Made by a program: the position numbers and the translations under genes. Below the pieces are notes generated by a model that was not told the DNA's origin, did no database searches, and was given only the letters and a program-made list of their open reading frames with translations. Positions 1-12,804 of a stretch of DNA of 64,000 bases are shown here, piece after piece; within the stretch, counting starts at the first letter, position 1, and each line of letters starts with the position of its first letter. This DNA is from Squalus acanthias. Its lineage: Eukaryota. The stretch is from assembly GCA_030390025.1 (NCBI GenBank), contig CM059431.1, positions 155,684,001-155,748,000 on the forward strand, read 5' to 3'.

Positions 1-280
1 GCCTAAACAAGTGCTCATTTTGATCAATTAATGAGCATTTTCTCTCATTCCACTCTCTGTTGTGCTACATAGAATGGTAAGAGACAATATAGATTTGTCT
101 GTTCGGGTAAACTTTCGGGTAAACTGTTTCGTGGAGAAGATTTGATTAGATCAGATTGGGTGTTGGCAACATCATACCCGAAATTTGCGCACTTTTTGCA
201 CCGCGTGGGTCCCTGGATTAATCATTGATATATCCCCTCAGTCTCCATACATTAGCTCTCTGTTGGGATATAACACGATT

Positions 281-540
281 TCACAGAATCATAGAATCTT
301 ACAGCCCAGAAGGAGTCCGTCCAGCCCATCCTGCCTGTTCTGGTTTATCGAATGAGCTAGCAAATTAGTCCCACTCTCCTGCTCTTTCTCCATTGCCCTG
401 CAACTTTATCTCCTTCAAGTATGTATCCAATTGCCTTTTGAAAGTTACTATTGAATGTGCTTCCAAAAGCCTTTCAGATTCCTCATCTCACATCTGCCTT
501 TTTTGCTAATTAGTTTCCGTTTGTGCCCTTTGTTTACCGA
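281..540 (-). mobile_element. CR1 LINE 3' end fragment
   Basis: Reverse-strand CR1 tail (CACAGAATCATAGAATC, then ACAGCCCAGAAGGAG...CCCATC), similar to other CR1 tails in the window. Confidence 0.65.
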
Positions 541-1330
541 GACATTTACAACTGGAACATGGACAGTAAGAACATATTTCGATTTTTTTTCAACTGTAAA
601 CTCAGTTCCATTAAATTACAAGCGAGTTATAGCAGTACTGTTAGAAAGTTACCAATTCCTCGATCAGATCGGATTTGCGGACCCAATAAAGTTGTTGTTG
701 AGCACAATGATGCCAACTGAGCCCGTTAGATGTGGGTTCATATCTGCGATTCCTCAACTTCTGAGTGCTCTTTCTAGCGGCACTGCTGTCCCAAGGCATC
801 ATCAGAATTCGGGAGAGATAAAAATGAGAGGAAATATCACTCCACCTGCTCTTATGCATATTCGAGCGATCTGTTACAGTCCCCAACAGTGGGTTCTCCA
901 ATAGACTTGGGAATGAGGTCAGTGCATTTTGAACGTCAGTGGATCAATTAGATAAGTTTCCTAAAATAGAGACAAGGTCGGAGGGACAGTCCGTAATTTT
1001 ACCCATAATTTTTATTTTAATGAAGAGAATTGTCCTGTGAAAGACATTTTGTCGGGGATTCCTCGTCGTTACAGACCACGAGTTGACAGCATGTAAACTG
1101 TAAACTACTCAGTGCCTACTTTACATGTAACCGTTTTAGAATGCATGGTTAAAAATTGACCACGGGCATTAGAGTAACTTCCTTGTTAAGCAACCAAACT
1201 GTCTGATAGCCAATGATTTCACCACGTGTGCTGTATGAAATTAACTGAATACAAATCATGGAATTGAATTTTAATTACGTGAATTATATTCGAGTCCTGG
1301 ATGTCCAACTTCTTCCATATTAAATATATT

Positions 1331-1850
1331 GGGCCGTAGTTTCCGAATTGGAAGCTTCCCGCATGATGAGGCCTCCGATCTGGAAAAACATCTACGCACT
1401 TACCTGAAGGCTCCGGGGTGCGTATATTTCCGATGCTGGACCTCTCCAACTCCAACTACGCAGGGCCCACGTATCCTCGAGGCGCATGAGGAGCGCAAGC
1501 GTCCCAGGGATCACGTGGGCCATGGGGAGCCAATAGAAGAAGGAAATATCGCTACCTACATTTCACAGATAGACATGTCAACAAAATGAATGGAGATCAC
1601 ACCAAAAACACTGTAAAATTTAAAAAATAAAATAAAATCACCTATTTAAAATTAGTTGAAATTAAAATAAATTAAACATTTTAAAGAAATGTTTACTTTT
1701 TTGAACAAAATAATTAAAGTTTTTAGCAGGGCTAAATATAAACTTACCTTTTATTTAAGTATTTTTAAATGATGAATGAGTTCAAAAAAATGTCATAAGT
1801 TTTTCAACTCTTATCCTGGTAAAAGCAAGCCTTAAGCCTGCTTTATTGCT
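1331..1850 (+). mobile_element. Hairpin-rich MITE family A, right end missing, in NLR intron
   Basis: Starts att|GGGCCGTAGTTTCCGA; same body as the 8751, 34189 and 60572 copies; absent at the mirror position (~59760). Confidence 0.8.
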
Positions 1851-1891
1851 TTATTGCATATTCATTAATGATTTTTTTTATGTGTTTTTAG

Positions 1892-1978
1892 ACTCAATGA
1901 GAATAAACTGGGAGATTCGGGAGTGAAACGGCTCTCTGCAGTTCTAAAGAAAAATGATTGTAAAATACAGAGACTGGA
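1892..1978 (+). CDS. NLR-like gene copy A, LRR exon (87 nt): LNENKLGDSGVKRLSAVLKKNDCKIQRLE
   Basis: ttttag acceptor, gtgagt donor, symmetric 87-nt exon encoding one ribonuclease-inhibitor-type LRR typical of NLR genes. Confidence 0.88.
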
Positions 1979-2244
1979 GTGAGTAATTTTGAAAAAATAA
2001 CGAACAGCATCACCAGAGAGTTATTTATGTATAATATTACTAATTACTGTGTTATGATGATTATTCAATTTCACTATTCAATTAAAGTTAAGATCAAAGT
2101 CATTTAGAAAGTGGGAGATCATGCATATATCATGAACAGGATTTCCCCTCGATTTAGGAATTCCACAGTAATAATTTGCAAGTGGCGAAAATTTAATTTG
2201 TCTGTGTTTTTATATAATCGCTGTTTATTTTTCGATCACTGCAG

Positions 2245-2436
2245 GTTAAAATCTAACGCTCTCACAGAGGATTGTGTGGACAGTCTGGTCTCTGCTCTCC
2301 GTGTAAACCGTTCACTAATGGAGCTGGATCTGTGTAACGATAATCAGGATGGCGAACAGGCCAACAGACTGACTGACAGGTCTGTTCCGTTATTGCGCAG
2401 TCTCATCCAGAGTAATGATAATCTCAAGGAAATCAA
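2245..2436 (+). CDS. NLR-like gene copy A, LRR exon (192 nt): LKSNALTEDCVDSLVSALRVNRSLMELDL...NLKEI
   Basis: ctgcag acceptor, gtgagt donor, 192 nt in phase with the previous exon; two RI-type LRRs; inside ORF 2111..2440. Confidence 0.88.
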
Positions 2437-2681
2437 GTGAGTTTCTGTGTTAACTATTTATTATTTAAATGGTCTTTCAAGTTTAAAATATATTTTCATA
2501 TTTTTACTTCAATAAATGGATATGTAATAGAAAATAAATGATGTAATTTTTTTCTGCAGCATGTGTCTCCATCATACGAGTAAATACGTGTATTTTGAAT
2601 GAATCTAACAATGTCGCTACTCACATTGAACAGAATACTCCTGATTGATAATATTTTTTCGTTATTTTAATATTTTTTCAG

Positions 2682-2769
2682 CTGGATACACAATCAGCAC
2701 ATTGCAGAAGTAAATCAAATGTTGACTTCAATCAATATATAGGATCATTTCACTGTAATTAAATAATGA
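2682..2769 (+). CDS. NLR-like gene copy A, last coding exon with premature TAG at 2740-2742 (ancestral TGA 2767-2769)
   Basis: ttttcag acceptor; reads WIHNQHIAEVNQMLTSINI*DHFTVIK**, colinear with the open last exon of copy B. Confidence 0.7.
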
Positions 2770-3689
2770 GGATTGTTTACCATGAAGATTGTTTTCCGTA
2801 AGTATCTTAATTATTTCTTTTCGGTTACACTCGATAGAATCAGGTCAATTTTGAGCAAGTTGTCGGGACGCGATTCAGAGGAAATAAAAAAAACCACTAG
2901 GAACACGCTTGGGGGTATTTAAACTCTCGGCTGCAGATGGGGGGACTCCATGTGTCAACATTCAACATAGAAATACCGGGAACGCCGGTATCTCTGAACC
3001 GAGCCAGCAATGGAAGGATTGTATGAAAACAAAACCTTGCATTGCTTAATACCAATGCCACTAATGAGTCCGGATTGACCGCATTAATCGCCGTGCTCGC
3101 CTTCTCTGTACATTCAAATGACAGGGGCGCTTAGGCATCAGGATTACCCATTGCTTACGTCAATGTCGTCTCTGAAATCGACGTGACATTATTATCGATC
3201 AATGTACCATTATTTTTTGCAGTATTGGGTAACAATACTTAATAGAACATATTTTTCCTTTCTTAATTAATTCCTGTTGGCGAGAGGTGAAACTTATTTA
3301 AACTAAATTGGTATTATATTTTATGTTCATATGTTTGAAGTAATTATGGAAAAGGACAAATGGAACGCAAATGTTAAAAAAAACATAACTCGGAGAGTAC
3401 CAATTTCAGTGTCTTCAGAAGGGATCCATCAGTACGGTACCCTAATTATGATTGGCCAGGAAAACAGTAAACATGCAATGGCAGGACTTCGCGGCAGATA
3501 TAATAAGGTTACAAACGAAGCATATTCTCAGAAGGACGAAAGATATGGCTTCGAAAGATAAAGCTCGCTGGTGACAAAGGAAATAGACGTTGAAAGAAAA
3601 AAGAAAAATTAGGTTTATGACAAATGTCAGGTACAGAGTACTGTACAAAACCAGGCAGAATACAAGGAGTGCAGGGTGAAAATGAAGAA

Positions 3690-5290
3690 AACGATAAAGG
3701 AAGATCAAAGAGATTGTCCGAGAAATGATTATCGGGTAACATAAAATGGAACCAAAAACATCCTTTATAAATATAAAAATGAAACCGATCGTTACATGAA
3801 TGTTGGGGCCGATGAATGTTGCAGTAGAGGAGGGGAGTAGATATACTGCAAAGGTTAAAAATACAGAGAAAGGAGGTTCTATATATGTTTGTATCACTAA
3901 AATTTAACAAGTCACCCGGTCCACGTGGGATGCATCCTAGGTTGCTGAGGGAAGCTAGTTTGGAGATGCAGGAACCTCTGACCACGATCTGTCAATCTTC
4001 CTCGGAAATGGGAGTGGTGCCAGAGGACTGGAGAATTGTAAATGTTACATCCTTGTTCAAAATATTGGACAGGGATAACTCGAGTAACTACAGGTCAATC
4101 AGTCTGACAGTAGATGTGTATATTGACTATTAAAAGGCATGTGACATATTAAGACATAACATTCTTTTGCGGTAAATAGAAACGCATGGTATTAAAGAGC
4201 CGCTTTGTAACTTTGGTACCTAACTGGCTAAAAGATAGGAGGCAGAGATTAGTGGTGAACGGCTGTTAATCTGACTGGAGATAAGTATGCAGTGGAGTCC
4301 CCATGGGTTGGTATTAGGACCATTGCTTTTCTTGTTACATATACTTGACCTGAAATTGGGTATAAGCATTACAGTTGCGGAGTTTCAGCATGATAATAAA
4401 CTTGGCAACCTATTAAGTATTGAACAGGATGGTAGAAGACTTCAGAAGGACATATACAGACTGGTGTAATGGGCAGACACACGGCAGATGCAATTTAATA
4501 CGGATAACTGTGAAGTGATGCATTTGAGATGAACAACATGAAGAGTCAGTATAATCGAAACTGTAATCTTTTGAGGGTGTGCAAGAGCAGAGAGACATAG
4601 GGTGCAAAGTCACAAATCCATAAAGCAGCCAGGAAACGTTGATACGTGGGATTCGTAAACAGGATCATTGGAAAAAAATCAAGGAAGTCATGCTGAACAT
4701 TTACGTCGCTGGTTAGACCTCAGCAAAGCACTGTGCACAGTTCTGGACACAACATTTTACGCAGGATGTTAAGGCCTTGGAGAGGGTACAGAGGAGGTTC
4801 ACCAAGAAGGTACCAGGGATGAGGGTCTTCCGTTATGTGAAGAGATTGGTGAATCTATGATTGTGCTCCTTAGAGCAGAGAAGGTTAAGGCGAGACCTAT
4901 TAGGTATTCAAAATTATGACAGGGTTTGGTAGAGCAAATAAAGAGAAACTATTTCCTCTGGTAAGTGGTTCTATAAGCAGAAGTCAGCTTTTTAAAATAA
5001 TTGGCAAACGAACAAGACAGGAAATGAAGATAAATTAATTATGTGTAGGGTTGATATGATCCGGAATGCACGACCTGAAGGGTTGGTGATATTAAATAAC
5101 ATAGGTTCTTTCAGAAGGTAATTAGACTTGTATTTAACGATAACTAATTTGCTGGATTATGGGGTAAAATCTGGGGCGTGGAACTGAGTTAGACAGCTCT
5201 TTCAAAGAGCCGGCACAGGCAATATGGGCTAAAGGAACTCCTTCCGTGCTGTTAGATTCTATAATCCTAAGACTCTATGATGCTATGATT
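3690..5290 (+). mobile_element. Old degraded CR1 LINE (RT region to 3' tail), pre-dating the duplication
   Basis: RT peptides KSPGPRGMHPRLLREA, PEDWRIVNV, LGPLLFLLHI; CTATGA-type tail ~5260-5290; mirrored by 56076-57290 and 48950-49074. Confidence 0.85.
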
Positions 5291-6589
5291 CCTGTCTCTT
5301 GTGCACCGCACGTTCTCTTCACATTATGTCTGATAGACCCCCTTCTGTATTGTTAGATGCTATGATTCTATGAACTTTCGACGATACATTTCACATACTG
5401 TGCCGTATATGTATATAACTTTGATGAAATAATTTTTTAATGGCAACAACAATAAATAAACTCATGTCAAAATCGATAACATATAAGTCTAACTCATTGC
5501 TCTAAATGATGAGGTGTCCCTTAATAATGTAACTCCAACCAAGATAATGTTACGATTTCAAATTTACTACGGCTTATTTTAGCTTAACAATTATCGAATA
5601 TATCCATAGTTTTCGGAAAATAATTTCCAATATGCTAACAGGTAGAATCAGTGAAATTAGATAGCAATTTCATTGACTTTCAATATTGATAAATCACGAA
5701 GCAACAGTAATTTCTGAAGCAGAATAACCTGAAATATTCACAAACATTTTATCTGGTTGGTCCTATACTACCCTCATCTGTACATCCGTAATATTATATT
5801 AAAATTCTTACCCCTTTACACGTTTCCTGCTAAAATAAACATTTAATAAGTAGTCATGCTTGCCTCTCATTTAGGTATCAATTTATTTATGATTATGAAA
5901 TCCAATGTCCACGCTTCATTGAAAATAGCTATATACAACTTGATTTTATTTATTGCTGGATAACTACTCACACTGAAATTTTGTGATCGGAAAAGGAGAC
6001 TTGGTGCATCAACCAGTTTTTTTTCTGCTGGTCAAGCTTAATATCCGGGCGATGCAAAATCGAGTTCTGCTGGCATCAGCACTGGCTGCAGGACAATATT
6101 CATGCACGGCAATTTATATAGGATGTTTCTACTACCCATGACTGCACAGGAAAGTATAACTGAAAAAGTGCGCGCAAAAATGAGATTGGCATCATAGAGA
6201 ATCTTATGGCAAATAAAAACCGGTGAGGTCTTGAAGTTGTTGGTGAAGTTCTGGAAGGATTCGCAGAATAATTAACAGCCTGACAGGGTTCGATGGAGCA
6301 CTCATTCCATGGCCATAAAAAGCTCGATACCAGCCAATAGCATGCATAGGTACTAGAGGTCTGGAAGCTTTTAAGAGTTCCTATGGTCGATATGATGAGT
6401 AGGAGTGGGAAAATCTACATCCACGAGAGGTGATTATCCCGCTGGTTATTGTCACAGAATTCAGTGCCGCAGCTGAGGTTTCAGCTCGGGGCGATCGGTG
6501 TTCGAACCCTTAACTTTGTCATTCAGAGGCAAGAAAGTTGCCATGAAGTGGAAATCCAGAATTCAAGAGGAGTTATTATCAGGGTTGGA

Positions 6590-7030
6590 AGATCCCAATT
6601 TCAAAGGCATGCATTTTCTATGATGTATTTTTAAAATGACTTTAAATTACATAAATTAAGTATTTTAAAGAAATAATTTAACAGGGCTACAAATAAACTT
6701 AACTTTCTTTAAAGTATTTTTAAATGATAAACTAGTGGAATTGTTTTAAAACTTTTTTCAACTCTTATGCTGGTAAAAGCAAGGCCTTACACCTGCTTTT
6801 ATCAGGCTCAAGAATTGTAAGTGTTTTCTGCGGGCGGAGGGTCTCCAAAAAACTGAACTTTCCCCCCCGCAGAGTCGCTGCTCCAGGGCAGCCGATGGAA
6901 TCGTTCTTGACTGATCGGAAATGCCGGTTTCCAGCGCATTTACAGTGCGTGCCGAAAACTGGCATTTCCGTTATCCCTGCGGGTGAGTACACAGCGCGTA
7001 CACACCCTTAGGGAACGGAATTTCTGCCTC
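6590..7030 (+). mobile_element. MITE family A, right half
   Basis: GGTAAAAGCAAGG..CCTGCTTTTA and GGGTGAGTAC..GTACACACCC hairpins; ends GGAATTTCTGCCTC|aat. Confidence 0.75.
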
Positions 7031-7629
7031 AATAGCAAATGCAACGACAATTGGCTTACAGTTAAGTAGAGTTCACCTATGCCATGCGATTTCGCGTCAA
7101 GGAGCTGGACAATGATATGTGTATGCGCTGCAGCGCCGCCACTGGTCAGAGGCTGTACCGAAAGCGGAAGAACGAGATCAGCAATATCAATTAGAAATTA
7201 GACCACCAGAATGTATAATGTAGGTGCGTAGAGACATAAGATGTTTGAAATGTTACAAAAACATCTAATTCAAGAATCATTGAGAATAATATTAAAATGA
7301 ACGATGTTTTCAATTGAATACTGATTTAATTACGCAAGAGAAGATTCTGGATCACACGGTTCAGAATGTGCTCACTCCTGACTGACTGCTGGACAGCTCA
7401 GCACAAAAGTAAATTGTAAAGAATCTGATTTTGGCGACGTACTGCAGGGCTGAAATAGAGAGACAGGTGGAGATAGGAGTCACAGGTGAGGCATCTTCCT
7501 TCGTGTCCCGAACTGTTCAGTTCATATCGACTTCACGTTATGATGCTATGACTCTGTGAATTCTGTGAGTTCGATGGTATACTTGACTTAATGGTGAGTT
7601 CTCCTCGGTAATATTGTGGCAAAGTGGAG

Positions 7630-7795
7630 CTATTTGCTCACACTTCAATGCAGTGCCGAGGTGCTGCATTACTACCCGCGTTGCCGTCTTTCGGACAAGA
7701 CATTAAACCAATACGCTGTCTGCACGCTATTGTGGATATAAACGCCCCAATGGCACTATTTGAAAGAAGAGCCGGGAAGTTCCCCATGTGCCAGC
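7630..7795 (+). mobile_element. Deu-domain SINE remnant
   Basis: GTGCTGCATT..TGCCGTCTTTCGGACAAGACATTAAACC..ATGGCACTATTTGAAAGAAGAGC resembles the DeuSINE core; mirrored at 45015-45145. Confidence 0.55.
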
Positions 7796-8099
7796 CATTA
7801 CACCTACATACCGCACTGCATATTGTGCCCAATCTCGAAACTTGTATACTCGCAAACAGTGGTCCTAAATGCACATTTATTTGTTTTTCCTGTGCCAGTC
7901 AACACACCAGTTCATCACGAAATGGCCCTGATCCAACTGATGCAGAAATTCGTACAATCCCTCTGCAGACTCTTCTTTAGTCTGAACCTGCATAGGGTGT
8001 ATCTCAAGCTGTTATCGCGAGTGAGAGAAAATTTAAGAGAATAGATTCCGGAATTACAGTCATTCATCTAAACCTGTAAGCAAGATCCAGAAGATAGTC

Positions 8100-8750
8100 A
8101 TTGGTACTGAGAGGCCTGGCCCATTGATATACCCTGTACACAAGGGACGCTCTTGGAAAGTATGCCGCACCAAACAACTGGCTACCAGCTAACACTACAT
8201 ATCCCTGAGGGCTCTGCCCCACTCACGGCCCAAGAGACCATGGTACTCTGATCTTCGACAGCTTCATATTCCAGGGTAGTCTGGTCAGAATGTCTGATTA
8301 TCCCAAAAGACCAGGATATACTCATGATATACAGGCGCAATAGCCAAGGATACTCTGCAACACTGCTGGACAATAGCCCAAGTTAATATGAACATCTGCA
8401 AAGGAAAGTAGCCGAGTTTAATCTGACCGTCTGCAGAGCCCAATAGCCATAGGTACTCTGACCCTCTATATACCCCAGGTAAATCTAGACGGCCCAGTAT
8501 CGCAGGTTACTCTCACCAACTGCACAGCCTAATTTACAGTGATCCTCCAAATTAAAATGAGTAATCTGACACTCTGCATTGCCAATGACCTAGGTACTCT
8601 TACCCTCTAAAGGATACAAATTTCAAGGTATTGTTACATTCTGTGTGGTCCAGGAAACTCTGACACTCTGTGTAGCCCAGTGTACTCTGACACCCTGTGT
8701 AGCCCAGGAAACACTGTCACTCTGTTTAGCCCAGGGTACTCTTGCACTCT
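8100..8750 (+). repeat. Degenerate minisatellite, segment 1 (27-bp and ~33-35-bp units)
   Basis: TAGCCCAG recurs at 8673, 8700 and 8727; consensus ~TAGCCCAGGGTACTCTGACACTCTGTG. Confidence 0.85.
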
Positions 8751-11700
8751 GGGCCGGATTTTCCGATCGGGGGCTTCCCGCGTGCTGAAGCGTCCAATTT
8801 GGAAAAAAATCTACGCATTTACCTGAGGGCTCCCGAGGTGCGTATATGTTCCGAACCTGGTCCACTCCAACACCAATTGCGCAGGGCCCACGTATCCCAG
8901 AGGCGCATGAGGTTCACAAGCGTCCCTCGGATCACGTGGGCCATGGGGAGCCAATCAAAGAAGGGAAACTCCCTTCATACACTTGACAGATGGACCTGTC
9001 AAATATATGAAAGGAGATCACCCAAAGACACATGAAAACATTAAATAAGAAAATAAAAAAATCATATTTTTAAAATTAGTTGAAATGAGATTCAGTTAAA
9101 TATTTTAAACAAAAATTATATATTCTGAAAAAAATAATTAAAGTTTTTAAAGGATCCAATAATAAACATACCTTTTATTAAAGTATTTTTAAATGATAAT
9201 TGATGGAAAAAAATTTTTTTTTACTTTTTTCAAATCTTATACTGGTAAAAGCAGGCATTACGCCTTGCGCCTGCTTTTACCAGACATAGAACATAGAACA
9301 TAGAACAGTACAGCACAGTACAGGCCCTTCGGCCCTCGATGTGGTGCCGAGCATTGTCCGAAACCAAGATCAAGCTATCCCACTCCCTGTCATTCTGGTC
9401 TGCTCTATGTGCTTATCCAATAACCGCTAGAAAGTTCCTAAAATGTCCGACTCCACTATCACAGCAGGCAGTCCATTCCACACCCCAACCACTCTCTGAG
9501 TAAAGAATCTAACTCGGACATCCCTTCTATATCTCCCCCCATGCACCTTATTGTTCTGACCCCTTGTAACAGCTACATCCACCCGAGGAAATAGTCTCTG
9601 AACATCCACTCTATCTAGCCACCTCATCATCTTATAAACCTCTATTAATTCGCCTGTCATCCTCCTCCGCTCTAAAGAGAAAAGCCCTAGCTCCCTCAAT
9701 CTTTCCTCATAAGACCTCCCCCCCCCCCAAACCAGGCAGCATCCTGGTAAATCTACTTTGCACTCTTTCAAATGCTTCCACGTCCTTCCTATAGTGAGGT
9801 GACCAGAACTGCGCACAATATTCCAAATGTCGTCTCACCAAGGTCCTGTACAGTTGCCGCATAACCTCACGGTTCTTAAACTCAAACCCCTTGTTAATAA
9901 ACGCTAACACACTATAGGCATTATTTAGTGCTCTATCCACTTGAGTGGCAACCTTCAGAGATCTGTGGATATGAACCCCCAGATCCCTTTGTTCCTCCAC
10001 GTTCCTCAGAACCCTGCCGTTGACACTGTAATCCTAGTTCTAATTTGCCCTACCAAAATGAATCACCTCGTACTTATCGGTGTTAAATTCCATCTGCCAT
10101 TTTTCGGCCCAGCTCTGCATCCTATCAATGTCTCTTTGCAGCCTACAACAGCCCTCTACCTCATCCACTACTCCACCAATCTTGGTGTCATCAGCAAATT
10201 TACTGATCCACCCTTCAGTCCCCTCCTCGAAGTCATTGATAAAAATCACAAGCACCGACCATTATGGCACACCGCTGGTAACTGGTCTCCAGTCCGAAAA
10301 TTTTCCATCCACCACCACCCTCTGCCTTCTATGAGATAGCCAGTTACTGATCCAAGCGGCCAAATTTCCCTCTATCCCACAACTCCTTACTTTCTTCATG
10401 AGCCGACCATGGGGAACCTTATGAAACGCCTTACTAAAATCCTTGTATACGACATCAAATGCTCTACCTTCATCTACACACTTAGTTACCTCCTCAAAGA
10501 ATTCAATCAAATTTGTTAGGCAAGACTTACCCTTCACGAATCCTTTTTGACTATCCCGGATTAAGTTGCATCTTTCCAAATGGTCATACATCCTATCCCT
10601 CAGGACCTTTTCCATTATCTTACCAACCACCGAAGTAAGACTAACCGGCCTATAATTATCAGGGTCATTCCTATTTCCTTTCTTGAAGACAGGAACAACA
10701 TTCGCCACTCTCCAGTCCTCTGGCACCATCCCCGTGGACAGTGAGGAACCAAATATCAAAGCCAAAGTCTCTGCAATCTCCTCCCTTGCCTCCCAAAGAA
10801 TCATAGGATATATCCCATCTGGCCCAGGGGACTTATCGACCCTCAGGTTCTACAAAATTGCTAAAACATCTTCCCTCAGAACATCTACCACCTCCAGCCT
10901 GTCCAACTTTATCACACTCTCATCCTCAAAAACATGGCCCCTCTCCTCGGTGAACACTGACGAAAAGTATTCATTCATCACCTCTCCTATCTCTTCTGAC
11001 TCCATGCACAAGTTCCCACTACTGTCCTTGACCGGCCCTACCCTCACCCTGGTCATTCTTTTATTTCTCACATAAGAGTAAAAAGCCTTGGGTTTTTCCT
11101 TGATCCGACCCGCCAAGGACTTATCATGCCCCCTCCTAGCTCTCCTAAGCTCTTTTTTAGCTAATTCCTTGCTACCTTTTACCCCTCAATCGACCCAACT
11201 GAATCTTGTTTTCTCATCCTTACATACGCTTCCTTTTTCCTCTTGAGTAGACATTCAACCTCTTTGTGAACCATGGTTCTCTCACTCGTCCATTTCCTCC
11301 CTGCCTGACAGGGACATACCTATCAAGGACACGCAGTAATTACTCCATGAAAAAGCTCCACTTTCCTTTGTGCCTTTCCCTGATAGTTTCTGTTCCCATC
11401 TTATGCTCCCTAATTCTTGCCTAATCGCATCAGAATTACCCCTCCCCCAATTATAAACCCTGCCCTGCCGTATGGCCCTATCCCTCTCCATTGCAATAGT
11501 GAAAGTCACCGAATTGTGGTCACTATCTCCAAAGTGCTCTCCCACATACAAATCAAACACTTGGCCCGGTTCATTACCCAGTACCAAATCCAATGTGGCC
11601 CCACCACTTGTCGGCCTATCCACATATTGTGTCAGGAAACCCTCCTGCACAAACCGTTCAAAAACTATCCCATCCGAACTGTTTGACCTACAAAAGTTCC

Positions 11701-12472
11701 AATCAATATTTGGAAAGTTGATGTCACCCATGACAACTACTCTGTGACCTCCACACCTATTCATAATCTGCTTTGCAATTTCTCCCTCCACAGCTCTATT
11801 ACTATTTGGGGGCCTGTAGAAAACTCCTAACAACGTGACCGCTCCTTTCTTATTTCTAACTTCAGCCCCAAATACCTCAGACGGCAGATCCCCCTCGAAC
11901 TGCCTTTCTGCCGCTGTTAAACTATCATTGATTACCAATGCTACTCCTCCACCTTTCTTAGCACCTTCCCTACTCTAACGGAAGCATCTATACCCCGGAA
12001 CTTCCAACAACCATTCCTGTCCCTGTTCTAACCATGTCTCCGTAATGGCCACCACATCGTAGTCCCAAGTACCAATCCACGCTCCAAGTTCACCTACCTT
12101 ATTCCGGATGCTCCTTGCATTGAAGTAGACACACTTTAAGCCACCTTCCTGTCTGCCGGTACATTCCTGCTACCTTGATACCCTCCTCAGTACCTCCCTA
12201 AATTCATCACTGGCTCCTGGACTACAGCCCTTTTTCCCAGACTTAAGATTTCTAAGGGTTTTCTAAGGCGGAGGTTCTCCAGAAAGCGGAACTATCCGCC
12301 CGCAGAGGCCCTTCTCCAGCGCAAGCATCCGATCTGTCAAGAGCATTCTTGACAGATCAGAAATGCCGGTATTCAGCGCATGCGCTGTGCATGACTGAAA
12401 CCGGCGTTTCCGATGTCCCTACGGGTGTGTACATAGCGCGTACACACCCGTAGGCATCGGAATAGCCGGCCC
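8751..12472 (+). mobile_element. Complete MITE family A (~780 bp) split by a CR1 insertion
   Basis: Termini GGGCCGGATTTTCCGAT / ATCGGAATAGCCGGCCC are imperfect TIRs; halves 8751-9288 and 12232-12472. Confidence 0.85.
9289..12231 (-). mobile_element. Relatively young CR1 LINE (endonuclease + RT, frameshifted)
   Basis: ORFs 11282..11938 (APE-type GVFYRPPN, VMGDINFP, SDHN), 10262..10804, 10040..10255 (FADD); (ACATAGA)n tail; TSD-like TTTTACCAGACATA / TTTTCCCAGACTTA. Confidence 0.93.
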
Positions 12473-12474
12473 AA

Positions 12475-12800
12475 TCTAAGAAACCAGGTATACTCTGACA
12501 CTTTGTATTTCCCACTCTGTGTAGCCCTGGGAACTCTGACGCTCTGTGTCGCCCTCTGTACTCTGACACTCTATGTAGCCAAGGGTACACTGACACTCTC
12601 TATAGCCCAGGGAACTCTGGCACTCTGTGTAGCCCAGGGAACACTGACACTCTATGGAGCCTAGGGTACTCTGACTCTCTGTGTAGCCCAGCGTACTCTG
12701 ATACACTGTGTACCACAGGCTACACTGACACTCTGTGACGTCCAGTTTACTCTGACATTCTGTGTATGCCAGGGTACTCTGACACTCTATGTAGCCAAGG
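12475..12800 (+). repeat. Degenerate minisatellite, segment 2 (27-bp units)
   Basis: Repeated TAGCCCAGGG(T/A)ACTCTGACACTCT(A/G)TG. Confidence 0.85.
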
Positions 12801-12804
12801 TTAG

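Noticed and set aside
455..904. 149-aa ORF and the many 60-150 aa ORFs antisense to LINEs/PLE
   Set aside because: No recognisable domains; frame not preserved in the mirror arm or explained by the opposite-strand TE ORF
2111..2440. Single-exon ORFs 2111..2440 and 59172..59483 as whole genes
   Set aside because: N-terminal parts are intronic read-through; only the splice-bounded 192-nt exons are LRR-coding
7128..7150. CTCF-like motif GCAGCGCCGCCACTGGTC
   Set aside because: Needs a gap to fit the consensus and is altered in the mirror copy
12357..12706. Repetitive peptides (LGYTECQS)n here and at 14902-15347
   Set aside because: Translation of the 27-bp (multiple of 3) minisatellite, with no start or splice context
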